IMG/VR virus record: IMGVR_UViG_3300013121_000026
Span: 32,001-96,000 of that record
Source of the DNA: a virus
Taxonomy: Duplodnaviria; Caudoviricetes
Strand: one strand, 5' to 3'
Length of the DNA stretch: 64,000 nt
A program made the position numbers and the translations under genes. Below are positions 1-6,654 of this stretch, in pieces (position 1 is the stretch's first letter; the number at the start of each line of letters is the position of its first letter). The notes under the pieces were generated by a model. The model was not told where the DNA came from. It did not search any database and was given only the letters and a program-made list of their open reading frames with translations.

Positions 1-69
1 TTGATGACCGGATAAAGAATATTTTGAATTAAACTCTCTATTACATAGATGACATTTAAACTTGTTCAT
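1..69 (-). CDS. 5' part of a C2H2 zinc-finger protein, possibly a homing endonuclease (runs off the window)
   Basis: Minus strand reads GGAG SD then MNKFKCHLCNREFNSKYSLSGHQ (CxxC...F...L..H); minus-strand TATAAATA at 157-164. Confidence 0.6.
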   Translation of the reverse strand, partial: MNKFKCHLCNREFNSKYSLSGHQ

Positions 70-156
70 GTATTACTCCATAAATAGTAGGTGGGACAGC
101 TCGGTTGACTCCATAACTGAGTTGTTGATTACTGAAATTAATCAACTAACCACATT

Positions 157-164
157 TATTTATA
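157..164 (-). promoter_or_regulatory. T4-type late promoter TATAAATA
   Basis: Exact consensus on the minus strand upstream of the ORF starting at 69. Confidence 0.6.
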
Positions 165-184
165 AATTAATCCATTTTAGCGTC

Positions 185-411
185 CGAGTGGTTGGGGGAT
201 CGTGGCCCTCTCTAGGAGCCATTTCGAGAGCGAGTTAGGTGTGGAAAGGGAATTGTTTTGGAATCGCCATCGTGCGCGCCGCCATTAGTGTATGGTCATA
301 GATCAATGACAACACGTGGCGGATACAAACTTAATTTCCTTCCAACCTGCTAACTCGGTAGCCTTTTAAAAAAGGAGCAACTAACACGAGGCGTCAGAAC
401 ACGCCTACTCG
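185..411 (+). ncRNA. Candidate structured ncRNA, family unknown
   Basis: CGAGTGG/CTACTCG closing stem and a long internal rod (CGAGTTAG..GGAAAGGGAATT with AATTTCCTTCC..CTAACTCG); GC-rich, no ORF. Confidence 0.45.
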
Positions 412-568
412 AAAATAGGTATCTAGCGGGTGACTGTTCATCGAACCGTAATTTTACAAAAATAATGAACTCAATTTTTGTATTCTAGATACCTATTCTA
501 AATTAAAGCTGGCCCATTTCATGACGCAATGTATTTGGGTGTGAATTAGACCAGCTTTATTAATTTAA

Positions 569-645
569 CCTCCGTTCGCCTGGTGGTAAGGGTACGGGAT
601 TTTCACTCCCGGACATCGTGGATTCGACTTCCATACGGAGGACCA
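569..645 (+). tRNA. tRNA-Glu(TTC)
   Basis: CCTCCGT/ACGGAGG acceptor, CGGGA-TTTTCAC-TCCCG anticodon arm, CCA end. Confidence 0.9.
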
Positions 646-653
646 GATACTAG

Positions 654-681
654 TTGACATCAACAAAAACTAGTGTATATT
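654..681 (+). promoter_or_regulatory. sigma70-like promoter
   Basis: TTGACA-N16-TATATT; the same CTAGTTGACA context recurs at 12692. Confidence 0.55.
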
Positions 682-685
682 GCAG

Positions 686-975
686 ATGAGAGTTAGCTAC
701 TAGGAGTGCTTAGAACGTCTAGTCAGAATGCTAATACTCTGAGGCCAAACTGTGATGTCTCATATTTTAGGTACGTAAGTATAGAAGTGACTGGTACAAC
801 TTAGCTACCTTTGGCCAAAGGTCGAAATGCTAAGATGGGAGCAAGACGTGATGCTCGTTAGAATGCGGTTGGTTACCCTAAATAACCCATGTTAGACACG
901 GTTATCTAACTTAGATTGCATTAGGCGAGGGTGCAATTGAATTCCAAGCTAAACAATTCGTTTAGTTAGCTCGCC
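686..975 (+). ncRNA. Candidate multi-hairpin ncRNA(s)
   Basis: ATGAGA/TCTCAT, TTTAGG/CCTAAA and GGCGAG/CTCGCC domains downstream of a promoter; no ORF. Confidence 0.35.
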
Positions 976-985
976 TCGTTTTTAG

Positions 986-1060
986 GCACTATTAAGCATC
1001 TAGTGAGGCTGCTCGTCTGTCTAACGAGTGAGAGGGTGGCGGTAACCCTATAGTGCGCCA
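986..1060 (+). tRNA. tRNA-Asp(GTC), non-canonical T-loop GGCGGTA
   Basis: GCACTAT/ATAGTGC acceptor, CTCGT-CTGTCTA-ACGAG, GCCA end. Confidence 0.85.
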
Positions 1061-1154
1061 TATAAAAGGAGTACCAACAATGTTTTACAAGAGCGTGACC
1101 TATGATTAACTAGGGAGCAAAATAGTTTGCTCCTGAAATAGTCAGGAGGTCCAA

Positions 1155-1352
1155 ATGAGCAGCAAGGCTCGTGGCGGTCGTAAGAACCGCAAGTGGGATC
1201 GCAATCGTGTCTGGTGCGCGAATTACAAGAATCGCCATCAGCGTGAGAAGAACAAGCTGATCACTTTGAAGAAGCATGTTCTTGTTCACATCAACGATAA
1301 TTGTGCGATTCGTGCTATCGAGAACTGTGATCGCGTCATTCGCGGTTACTGA
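1155..1352 (+). CDS. Small, very basic hypothetical protein
   Basis: Strong AGGAGG SD; 65 aa, Arg/Lys-rich. Confidence 0.65.
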   Translation: MSSKARGGRKNRKWDRNRVWCANYKNRHQREKNKLITLKKHVLVHINDNCAIRAIENCDRVIRGY

Positions 1353-1424
1353 GAACTTGGGGAGTGCGAGCATTGGCAGTCAGCTTCGGTCGCACGTATT
1401 GTTAACGTAGGTGGGGACGTTGAC

Positions 1425-1498
1425 GCTCTTATAGTTTAATGTTAAAATTCTTGTTTCGTAATCAAGAGATGTGGGTTAGAGTCCTACTAGGAGCACCA
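1425..1498 (+). tRNA. tRNA-Thr(CGT)
   Basis: GCTCTTA/TAGGAGC acceptor, loop TTCGTAA, T-loop TTAGAGT, ACCA end. Confidence 0.85.
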
Positions 1499-1500
1499 AA

Positions 1501-1818
1501 ATGAAAAAACTAAAATCAATTTGTAAAATTCCAGTTTTTTCCGATGATTCTGAAATTAGAAAACAACAATTTAAGCAATTACATGACAAACAAATGCAAT
1601 TTGGAATTAATAACGGCTGGTGGGAAGAATTCGATCATAAAGGCCCTATTCGTGTTTGGTATATTAGTATAGAACAGTTTAATAACTGGCCTTCAGTCCT
1701 AGTTAATTGTGGCTTGTTTGCTTCTAAAAGCGAAGCCAGAAAAAATGGTCATAATAAACCATTGGAAATTGGAACTTTCTTGTTGTTCAAAGGCAGAGAA
1801 AAGTTTATCATATTCTAA
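1501..1818 (+). CDS. Hypothetical protein with an S4-like (TyrRS C-terminal-like) motif
   Basis: LVNCGLFASKSEARK resembles the S4 motif L...GL..S.SEAR. Confidence 0.5.
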   Translation: MKKLKSICKIPVFSDDSEIRKQQFKQLHDKQMQFGINNGWWEEFDHKGPIRVWYISIEQFNNWPSVLVNCGLFASKSEARKNGHNKPLEIGTFLLFKGREKFIIF

Positions 1819-1915
1819 GAGTTTTATGAGGCCGAGTTGGCTTGGTGGGTGGTGACCACACGTTGAAAATAACCTATTCAACGGCGTTGAGGTGCAACTC
1901 CTCATCCTCTTAACA
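1816..1915 (+). ncRNA. Aberrant tRNA-like element
   Basis: TAAGAG/CTCTTA ends, T-arm TGAGG-TGCAACT-CCTCA, extra hairpin CGTTGAA/TTCAACG, no 7-nt anticodon loop. Confidence 0.4.
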
Positions 1916-1921
1916 GTTAAT

Positions 1922-2008
1922 GCTAGAGTCCCATAGTGGTCGAGTGGACTGGTTTTGTAATCCAGTAGGGTAACCTCAACGTGAGTTCGAATCTCACCTC
2001 TAGCTCCA
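1922..2008 (+). tRNA. tRNA-Thr(TGT) with long variable arm
   Basis: GCTAGAG/CTCTAGC acceptor, loop TTTGTAA, variable region TAGGGTAACCTCAAC, TCCA end. Confidence 0.8.
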
Positions 2009-2227
2009 TATAAGGAATATTAATTTGTCAATACTTTGGAAATACAATTCTTTTACTGGGCGAGATTCACTAATGTTTGACGTTAGTGGCGATAGTTACC
2101 CAGTGTACCAATTAGTAAAATATAGAAAACCAAGATTAAAAAGACACAATAGAGTGCCAATTGAACATTGGTCAAGAATTGAAATTTGGAAAGACTATAG
2201 GATGTATAGAAACAAAGGGAAAAAATT

Positions 2228-2629
2228 ATGAAGACAATTGTACGTAGAGGCGTGTTTGAAACTAATTCTTCTAGTGCTCATTCACTAACATTTAATTCCC
2301 ACGACAACCTGGATCAGACACTTACTCCTAACGATGGAGTTATTGTTGTACGTGGTGAAGGTGAATATGGCTGGGAACAGGATGTATATTCTACCGCATA
2401 TTTTAAGACAGATTATTTGTATCAACAGTGGTTTGGGCGTGAAGACAAAATTGAACTATTAAAGCAGGCAATCGAAGAGCATACAGGCGCGCCTGTTATT
2501 TTTAAAGATCCGACGGGATACATTGACCATCAGTCTATGGGAATCTGCGATGGTATTCAAACTGTTGAAGACGTTAAGCAGTTTCTTTTCAACAGTCAAA
2601 ATAGATTCATAACTGACAACGATAACTGA
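2228..2629 (+). CDS. Conserved phage protein with FETNSSS motif, partner of the radical SAM gene
   Basis: RRGVFETNSSSAHSL N-terminus, GYIDHQS, C-terminal TDNDN. Confidence 0.7.
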   Translation: MKTIVRRGVFETNSSSAHSLTFNSHDNLDQTLTPNDGVIVVRGEGEYGWEQDVYSTAYFKTDYLYQQWFGREDKIELLKQAIEEHTGAPVIFKDPTGYIDHQSMGICDGIQTVEDVKQFLFNSQNRFITDNDN

Positions 2630-2655
2630 CAACGATAACTATTAAGGATTTTAAC

Positions 2656-3555
2656 ATGCTTCTATCTTCGTATATTAATGGAAACGGATTAGTGAAAATA
2701 TACGAAGACGGAACCAGAGAAATTTCCTTTGAGGATCAGTTCAAACCAACGATCCCTTTAAACATTGACATTCGAGTATCAACTCAATGTTCGTTTGGTT
2801 TTAATCCAAAGACTAAAAGAGCAACCTGCCAATTCTGTCATGAGTCTGCTACAACAGACGGGCAGGAATGTGATTATGGTTGGTTGCAGACACTAATCAA
2901 TAATTCAAAACTTCCAGCAGGAACGGAAATTGCTATTGGCTGCAACAATCTAACTGATCGTTTAGTTGAGTTCATCATTGCTAACCAAAAGATCAATAAC
3001 CACATCCATAATCTGACTGTTAATGCCGGTCACCTCAAAAGAGACCTGGACCGAATTGAACAGCTTATTAAAGACAAGATCATTTATGGGTTGGGTATTT
3101 CCTACAGAAGCAAATTTGTTAATTCCCATTTTGAAAGAGCTATTAAGAATGAAAATTCTGTGGTTCATGTAATCTGTGGCATTGATGATTTTAGTAAGGT
3201 ACAACAGTTATCAAAACTTGGTGTGAAAAAGATCTTGATCCTTGGTGAAAAAGACTTCGGATTCAATCAAGGAAAGGTTAATCTAAAATCCAAATCTCAT
3301 AATCACTGGTACTTTGGATTGCCACAATTATTTGCATCTTTCAAGGTGATTAGTTTTGATAATCTTGCACTAGAACAACTGGAAGTTAAAAGATTCCTAA
3401 CCCAAAAACAATGGGATGAATTTTACCAGTTTGAACATAGCATCTATATTAATGCCGTAGAAAAATACGTTGCTCCTTCATCAAGGTCATGTTATAAGAC
3501 TTATGAAGTAAATGACTTAGGAGAATATTTTAGGAATAATGGTCGATTAGTTTAA
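2656..3555 (+). CDS. Radical SAM-family protein with expanded cysteine motif
   Basis: NIDIRVSTQC-x12-CQFCHE, then EIAIG and SFDNLALEQL. Confidence 0.75.
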   Translation: MLLSSYINGNGLVKIYEDGTREISFEDQFKPTIPLNIDIRVSTQCSFGFNPKTKRATCQFCHESATTDGQECDYGWLQTLINNSKLPAGTEIAIGCNNLTDRLVEFIIANQKINNHIHNLTVNAGHLKRDLDRIEQLIKDKIIYGLGISYRSKFVNSHFERAIKNENSVVHVICGIDDFSKVQQLSKLGVKKILILGEKDFGFNQGKVNLKSKSHNHWYFGLPQLFASFKVISFDNLALEQLEVKRFLTQKQWDEFYQFEHSIYINAVEKYVAPSSRSCYKTYEVNDLGEYFRNNGRLV

Positions 3556-3614
3556 AAGTGAAACCCCTGTTTTACACGCAGGTGAAGAGGGAGCGTTACC
3601 TTCATCGACCACCA
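3541..3614 (+). tRNA. tRNA-Val(TAC), T-loop AGCGTTA
   Basis: GGTCGAT/ATCGACC acceptor, loop TTTACAC, ACCA end; overlaps the radical SAM stop codon. Confidence 0.85.
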
Positions 3615-3615
3615 T

Positions 3616-3689
3616 GGACCCTTAGCTTAAAAGTAGAGCAGGAGTCTTTTAAACTCTTGGCGACGGAGCGTTACCGTCAGGGTCTACCA
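3616..3689 (+). tRNA. tRNA-Lys(TTT), T-loop AGCGTTA
   Basis: GGACCCT/AGGGTCT acceptor, loop CTTTTAA, ACCA end. Confidence 0.85.
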
Positions 3690-3696
3690 ATTTAAT

Positions 3697-3773
3697 GCTG
3701 CTTAGGTAGATGTGGTCACTACGTTAGTTTGAAGCACTAAAGAACTCAGTTCGATTCTTGAGAGGCAGCACCA
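3697..3773 (+). tRNA. tRNA-Phe(GAA)
   Basis: GCTGCTT/AGGCAGC acceptor, TTAGT-TTGAAGC-ACTAA, ACCA end. Confidence 0.85.
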
Positions 3774-3782
3774 GTAAATAAT

Positions 3783-3857
3783 AGACCCTACGTATAAAGG
3801 TAGTACACCGGCCTCTTAAGCCGTGAGGACACGGTTCAATACCGTGAGGGTCTACCA
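3783..3857 (+). tRNA. tRNA-Lys(CTT)
   Basis: AGACCCT/AGGGTCT acceptor, loop CTCTTAA, ACCA end. Confidence 0.9.
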
Positions 3858-3863
3858 ATTTAT

Positions 3864-3934
3864 TCCTTGTCTCACAGGGAGAAGTGATAGCGGCCGCTAT
3901 TTACTTTCTAGTTCAATCCTAGAACAAGGAGCCA
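3864..3934 (+). ncRNA. tRNA-like RNA with a palindromic arm in place of the anticodon arm
   Basis: TCCTTGT/ACAAGGA acceptor, TCTAG-TTCAATC-CTAGA T-arm, GCCA end, central ATAGCGGCCGCTAT palindrome. Confidence 0.65.
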
Positions 3935-3945
3935 AATATGTCGCT

Positions 3946-4163
3946 GGAAGTGATGAAAAACAGCGGCTCCACCCCGCAAGGGTTCTACGGATCGTAGACG
4001 AAAGGTGAGTATTTCACGCAGAGGGTTCTTTTGAAGCAAATTGCTGCCCTTGGTAATAGCTCCCACGGGGGCTATTATTACCCAGATAAGGAAGTGAACG
4101 GAGTAGCGACGGAAGCGCCCGATAAGCGTTTTGTAGAAGGGGCGGAACCTTCCACTTCCACCA
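3946..4163 (+). ncRNA. 218-nt CCA-ended tRNA-like RNA with a large internal domain
   Basis: GGAAGTG/CACTTCC acceptor, ACCA end, T-arm GAAGG-GGCGGAA-CCTTC, several internal hairpins. Confidence 0.65.
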
Positions 4164-4178
4164 TTAGGAGTATTAAAC

Positions 4179-4502
4179 ATGAAATATACTCATAGCGACA
4201 ATCACAGTTGGTTTTATCGTGCTGCTGAACGTCAGCCAAAACCATGGATCGAAACAAATTTAAATGAAACTGATACAATAATGTCTCATTTCCGTAAATT
4301 TGTTCAAGTACACGACGCAGATATTTGCGGTGATAAAATTATGTTCTTTGAATTTGATAATGGTAATTGCTATCGATTGTCATATTCCTGGTGGATTGAA
4401 TATGATCCAGAATGGGATTTAAAAGAAGAAATTGAGATTACTAAAGTTAAAAAAGAAGAAACAAAGAACCTTTATTCCAATAGAAATTGGTTAGTTGTTT
4501 AA
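4179..4502 (+). CDS. Hypothetical protein
   Basis: AGGAG SD, 107-aa ORF. Confidence 0.6.
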   Translation: MKYTHSDNHSWFYRAAERQPKPWIETNLNETDTIMSHFRKFVQVHDADICGDKIMFFEFDNGNCYRLSYSWWIEYDPEWDLKEEIEITKVKKEETKNLYSNRNWLVV

Positions 4503-4506
4503 TAAT

Positions 4507-4611
4507 TCCTTGCTGGTGTAATGGTAGCACAAGAAGTCCGAGACACTGAATGAATAGTGTAATAGGCAAGTAAAAAATGCTAGGAGGAACGTTCGATTCG
4601 TTCACAAGGAT
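4507..4611 (+). ncRNA. tRNA-like RNA with expanded central region
   Basis: TCCTTG/CAAGGA acceptor, D-arm GTGTAATGGTAGCAC, T-arm GAACG-TTCGATT-CGTTC, about 55 nt replacing the anticodon arm. Confidence 0.55.
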
Positions 4612-4618
4612 GAAATTT

Positions 4619-4704
4619 GGGGGAACGGCAGAGTTGGAGAGCTGCGGCAGACTGTAAATCTGTTCTCTATGAGTGAGTGGGTTCGAATCTTACTTCCCCC
4701 ACCA
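4619..4704 (+). tRNA. tRNA-Tyr(GTA)
   Basis: GGGGGAA/TTCCCCC acceptor, loop CTGTAAA, long variable arm, ACCA end. Confidence 0.92.
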
Positions 4705-4710
4705 GATTGT

Positions 4711-4786
4711 GACGAGTTGCCAGAGTGGTTATATGGAGCGGTCTGCAAAATCGTTTACGTGAGTTCAATTCTCACACTCGTCTCCA
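4711..4786 (+). tRNA. tRNA-Cys(GCA)
   Basis: GACGAGT/ACTCGTC acceptor, loop CTGCAAA, U73, CCA end. Confidence 0.92.
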
Positions 4787-4843
4787 AGTTGACATTTATT
4801 CGACACTATGCTAAAAATTATCCTAAACATAGGAGATTGATTT

Positions 4844-5083
4844 ATGGATGATTATGTGAAGAAGAATTTCAATTGTTATGATCGCGTCAAGATTGTTAAT
4901 TTTCCGGAGGATAATGAAAATAATGGTAGGCTAGGAACAGTAGTTGGTTGTTCGTTTGTAGACATTATTAACCATTACATTGTGATCTTGGATGATGAGA
5001 TTGAACGATTTGATTGGGTTGAAAATATTTCAAAGCGTTGGAGAGCAGTATCAATCACTGAAGTTTGTTTGGAAAAGGTTTAA
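4844..5083 (+). CDS. Hypothetical protein, possibly SH3-like beta-barrel
   Basis: AGGAG SD; FNCYDRVKIV..GRLGTVVG. Confidence 0.6.
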   Translation: MDDYVKKNFNCYDRVKIVNFPEDNENNGRLGTVVGCSFVDIINHYIVILDDEIERFDWVENISKRWRAVSITEVCLEKV

Positions 5084-5086
5084 ATT

Positions 5087-5156
5087 GGGGTGTGCTCAGG
5101 GCAAGCAGGAATCCTTTGCAAGGAATCTGAGGTGAGTTCGAGTCTCACACACTCCA
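5087..5156 (+). tRNA. tRNA-Ala(TGC), degenerate D-arm
   Basis: GGGGTGT/ACACTCC acceptor with G3-U70, loop TTTGCAA, canonical T-arm; no encoded CCA. Confidence 0.7.
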
Positions 5157-5179
5157 CAGAACTTTAACAGGAGACAGAA

Positions 5180-5668
5180 ATGTCATATTTTGAAGGTTAC
5201 ACCGAGTATCTTTGCAAAGAAGGTCACTATTTTGTTGATAGTTGTTATATGGATACAAGCGTAGAACGCTGTCCAGAATGTGGCGCAAGTATTGAATATG
5301 CCCATGACGTAGACATAACTAGTGGACAAGATGAAGCTGCTAAGGTTAAAATTGGTCATACTGATATTTGGTCTGTAGACCATTATGGTAACAAATATGC
5401 CAATAAAATGATGTTTTTTAAACCTGCCGAAGGAAGTGATTGGAAAAAAATTAAAACTCATAGTATTTCTGCTACTGAAGTCAAACAATTAAAAAACGGA
5501 ATTTATGAAATAACATGGTGTGATGGGGGAACATCATTAGCAGCAGTTGGAACACTACATAATAGTAATAAGTGGTTTGCTCCAATTAACTGGACGGGCA
5601 CTAGTGAAAAGCATATTGCTTGTACCGATTGGGCAATGGTTGTTAGTGTAAAATTAATCTCCTCTTAG
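5180..5668 (+). CDS. Hypothetical protein with zinc-ribbon motif
   Basis: AGGAG SD; CKEGH..CPECG. Confidence 0.65.
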   Translation: MSYFEGYTEYLCKEGHYFVDSCYMDTSVERCPECGASIEYAHDVDITSGQDEAAKVKIGHTDIWSVDHYGNKYANKMMFFKPAEGSDWKKIKTHSISATEVKQLKNGIYEITWCDGGTSLAAVGTLHNSNKWFAPINWTGTSEKHIACTDWAMVVSVKLISS

Positions 5669-5735
5669 CTTAACTGTATAGAGCACTTGAATACGAATCA
5701 AGTAGGTGTGGGTTAGAATCCCATGGAGGAGTCCA
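5659..5735 (+). tRNA. tRNA-Arg(ACG)
   Basis: CTCCTCT/GGAGGAG acceptor, CTTGA-ATACGAA-TCAAG, T-loop TTAGAAT, CCA end. Confidence 0.85.
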
Positions 5736-5938
5736 CTATGAATGATGATTTTTACTTTGTGATTGCATCAAAATATCGCGAAAATGAACCTATAGATAAA
5801 CCTGGTAATTTTTGTTCTTATTGTTATCACAACGTAGTAATTCATCATGGTACAATCGAACAAGCAAAATATCTGTTGAATTATATCAACAAGAAAGACT
5901 TAAAAATTTACAAATTGAAATTTGAGGAAGTAGAATAA

Positions 5939-6088
5939 TTGTGGCATTATTGGGCTAAAGCACTTGGTGAAAAAGCCAGTGACAATTCAACAGAAGCGGA
6001 TAAAATCGCTTGGATACGAACTGGAATTGTGCTAGTATACATCATTACAAATTTCTTCATTATAGCTGGAATTATTCATCATTGGTAA
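5939..6088 (+). CDS. Small membrane protein of a type seen in T4-like phages
   Basis: TTG start; (M)WHYWAKALGEKASDNSTEADKIAWIRT...NFFIIAGIIHHW; absent from the ORF track (49 aa). Confidence 0.65.
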   Translation: MWHYWAKALGEKASDNSTEADKIAWIRTGIVLVYIITNFFIIAGIIHHW

Positions 6089-6093
6089 AATAT

Positions 6094-6171
6094 CTGGGTA
6101 TAGCTCAGCCTGTTTAGAGCGCCTGTCTTGGGCACAGGAGGCCGCAAGTTAGAATCTTGCTACCCAGACCA
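6094..6171 (+). tRNA. tRNA-Pro(TGG)
   Basis: CTGGGTA/TACCCAG acceptor, loop CTTGGGC, T-loop TTAGAAT, ACCA end. Confidence 0.88.
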
Positions 6172-6177
6172 GTTTAT

Positions 6178-6263
6178 TCGAGGATGCGCTAACGGTAGGC
6201 AAGCGGACTTTGAATCCGTGCTAGCTCAAAAGAGCTATGAAGGTTCGATTCCTTCTCCTCGAT
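6178..6263 (+). tRNA. tRNA-Gln(TTG) with long variable arm
   Basis: TCGAGGA/TCCTCGA acceptor, loop CTTTGAA, variable hairpin TAGCTC-AAAA-GAGCTA. Confidence 0.8.
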
Positions 6264-6346
6264 CTCAAACATCCAGAAAACAAAAAAATTAAAAAAACAG
6301 ACACTATACAAATAGGGTTTGTTAGAAGTAGAATTAAAAAGAATAT

Positions 6347-6420
6347 TTCGGAATCGTCTAATGGTAGGATCTCTGGCTCTGAACCAGAGGGTATTTGTTC
6401 GAATCAAATTTCCGAAGCCA
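6347..6420 (+). tRNA. tRNA-Gln(CTG)
   Basis: TTCGGAA/TTCCGAA acceptor, TCTGG-CTCTGAA-CCAGA, GCCA end. Confidence 0.9.
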
Positions 6421-6425
6421 ATAAT

Positions 6426-6501
6426 GCAAGCTAGGCCGATCTAGTGATGGCGACAGACTGTGGATCTGTTGAGGCTGGAGCGTAACCAGCAGCTTGTACC
6501 A
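6426..6501 (+). tRNA. tRNA-His(GTG), alphaproteobacterial type
   Basis: G1-U72, A73, T at position -1; loop CTGTGGA; T-loop AGCGTAA. Confidence 0.88.
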
Positions 6502-6507
6502 AAATAT

Positions 6508-6583
6508 TGCGGGTTGGAGGAGAAGATGCCTTGACTGGTTCATACCCAGTAGACACGGGAGCAACGGCCCGTACCCGCTTCCA
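6508..6583 (+). tRNA. tRNA-Met(CAT), initiator-like 1:72 mismatch
   Basis: TGCGGGT/ACCCGCT acceptor, ACTGG-TTCATAC-CCAGT, 8-nt T-loop AGCAACGG, CCA end. Confidence 0.75.
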
Positions 6584-6587
6584 ATTT

Positions 6588-6645
6588 AGGATGCCTGCAG
6601 CAACTCAAAAAATCTTTCAGCAAAAAAGAGCAAAGGTGCATCCTG
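6588..6645 (+). ncRNA. CNGCA stem-loop RNA unit A (Y-RNA-like candidate)
   Basis: AGGATGC-CTG-CAGCA...GCATCCT-G; internal TCTTT-CAGCAAA-AAAGA hairpin. Confidence 0.7.
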
Positions 6646-6654
6646 TTAAATTTA

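Noticed and set aside
185-411. RNase P RNA
   Set aside because: CAGAACACGCCTA and TAGATCAATGAC faintly recall RNase P motifs, but the GAGGAAAGUCC P4 5' strand is absent
1816-1915. Selenocysteine or suppressor tRNA
   Set aside because: No 7-nt loop with TCA, CTA or TTA; core genes are intact under the standard code, so there is no sign of stop-codon reassignment
2611-2640. Tandem duplication AACTGACAACGAT at the end of ORF 2228-2629
   Set aside because: A two-copy slippage duplication that does not change the protein
3946-4163. Second tmRNA or group I intron
   Set aside because: No G3-U70, no recognisable tag ORF and no group I core motifs seen
3823-6564. ORF-track entries 3823-4008, 3908-4180, 4669-4851, 6189-6407, 6237-6434 and 6358-6564
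   Set aside because: They overlap tRNA or tRNA-like genes and lack SD sequences or motifs; treated as spurious
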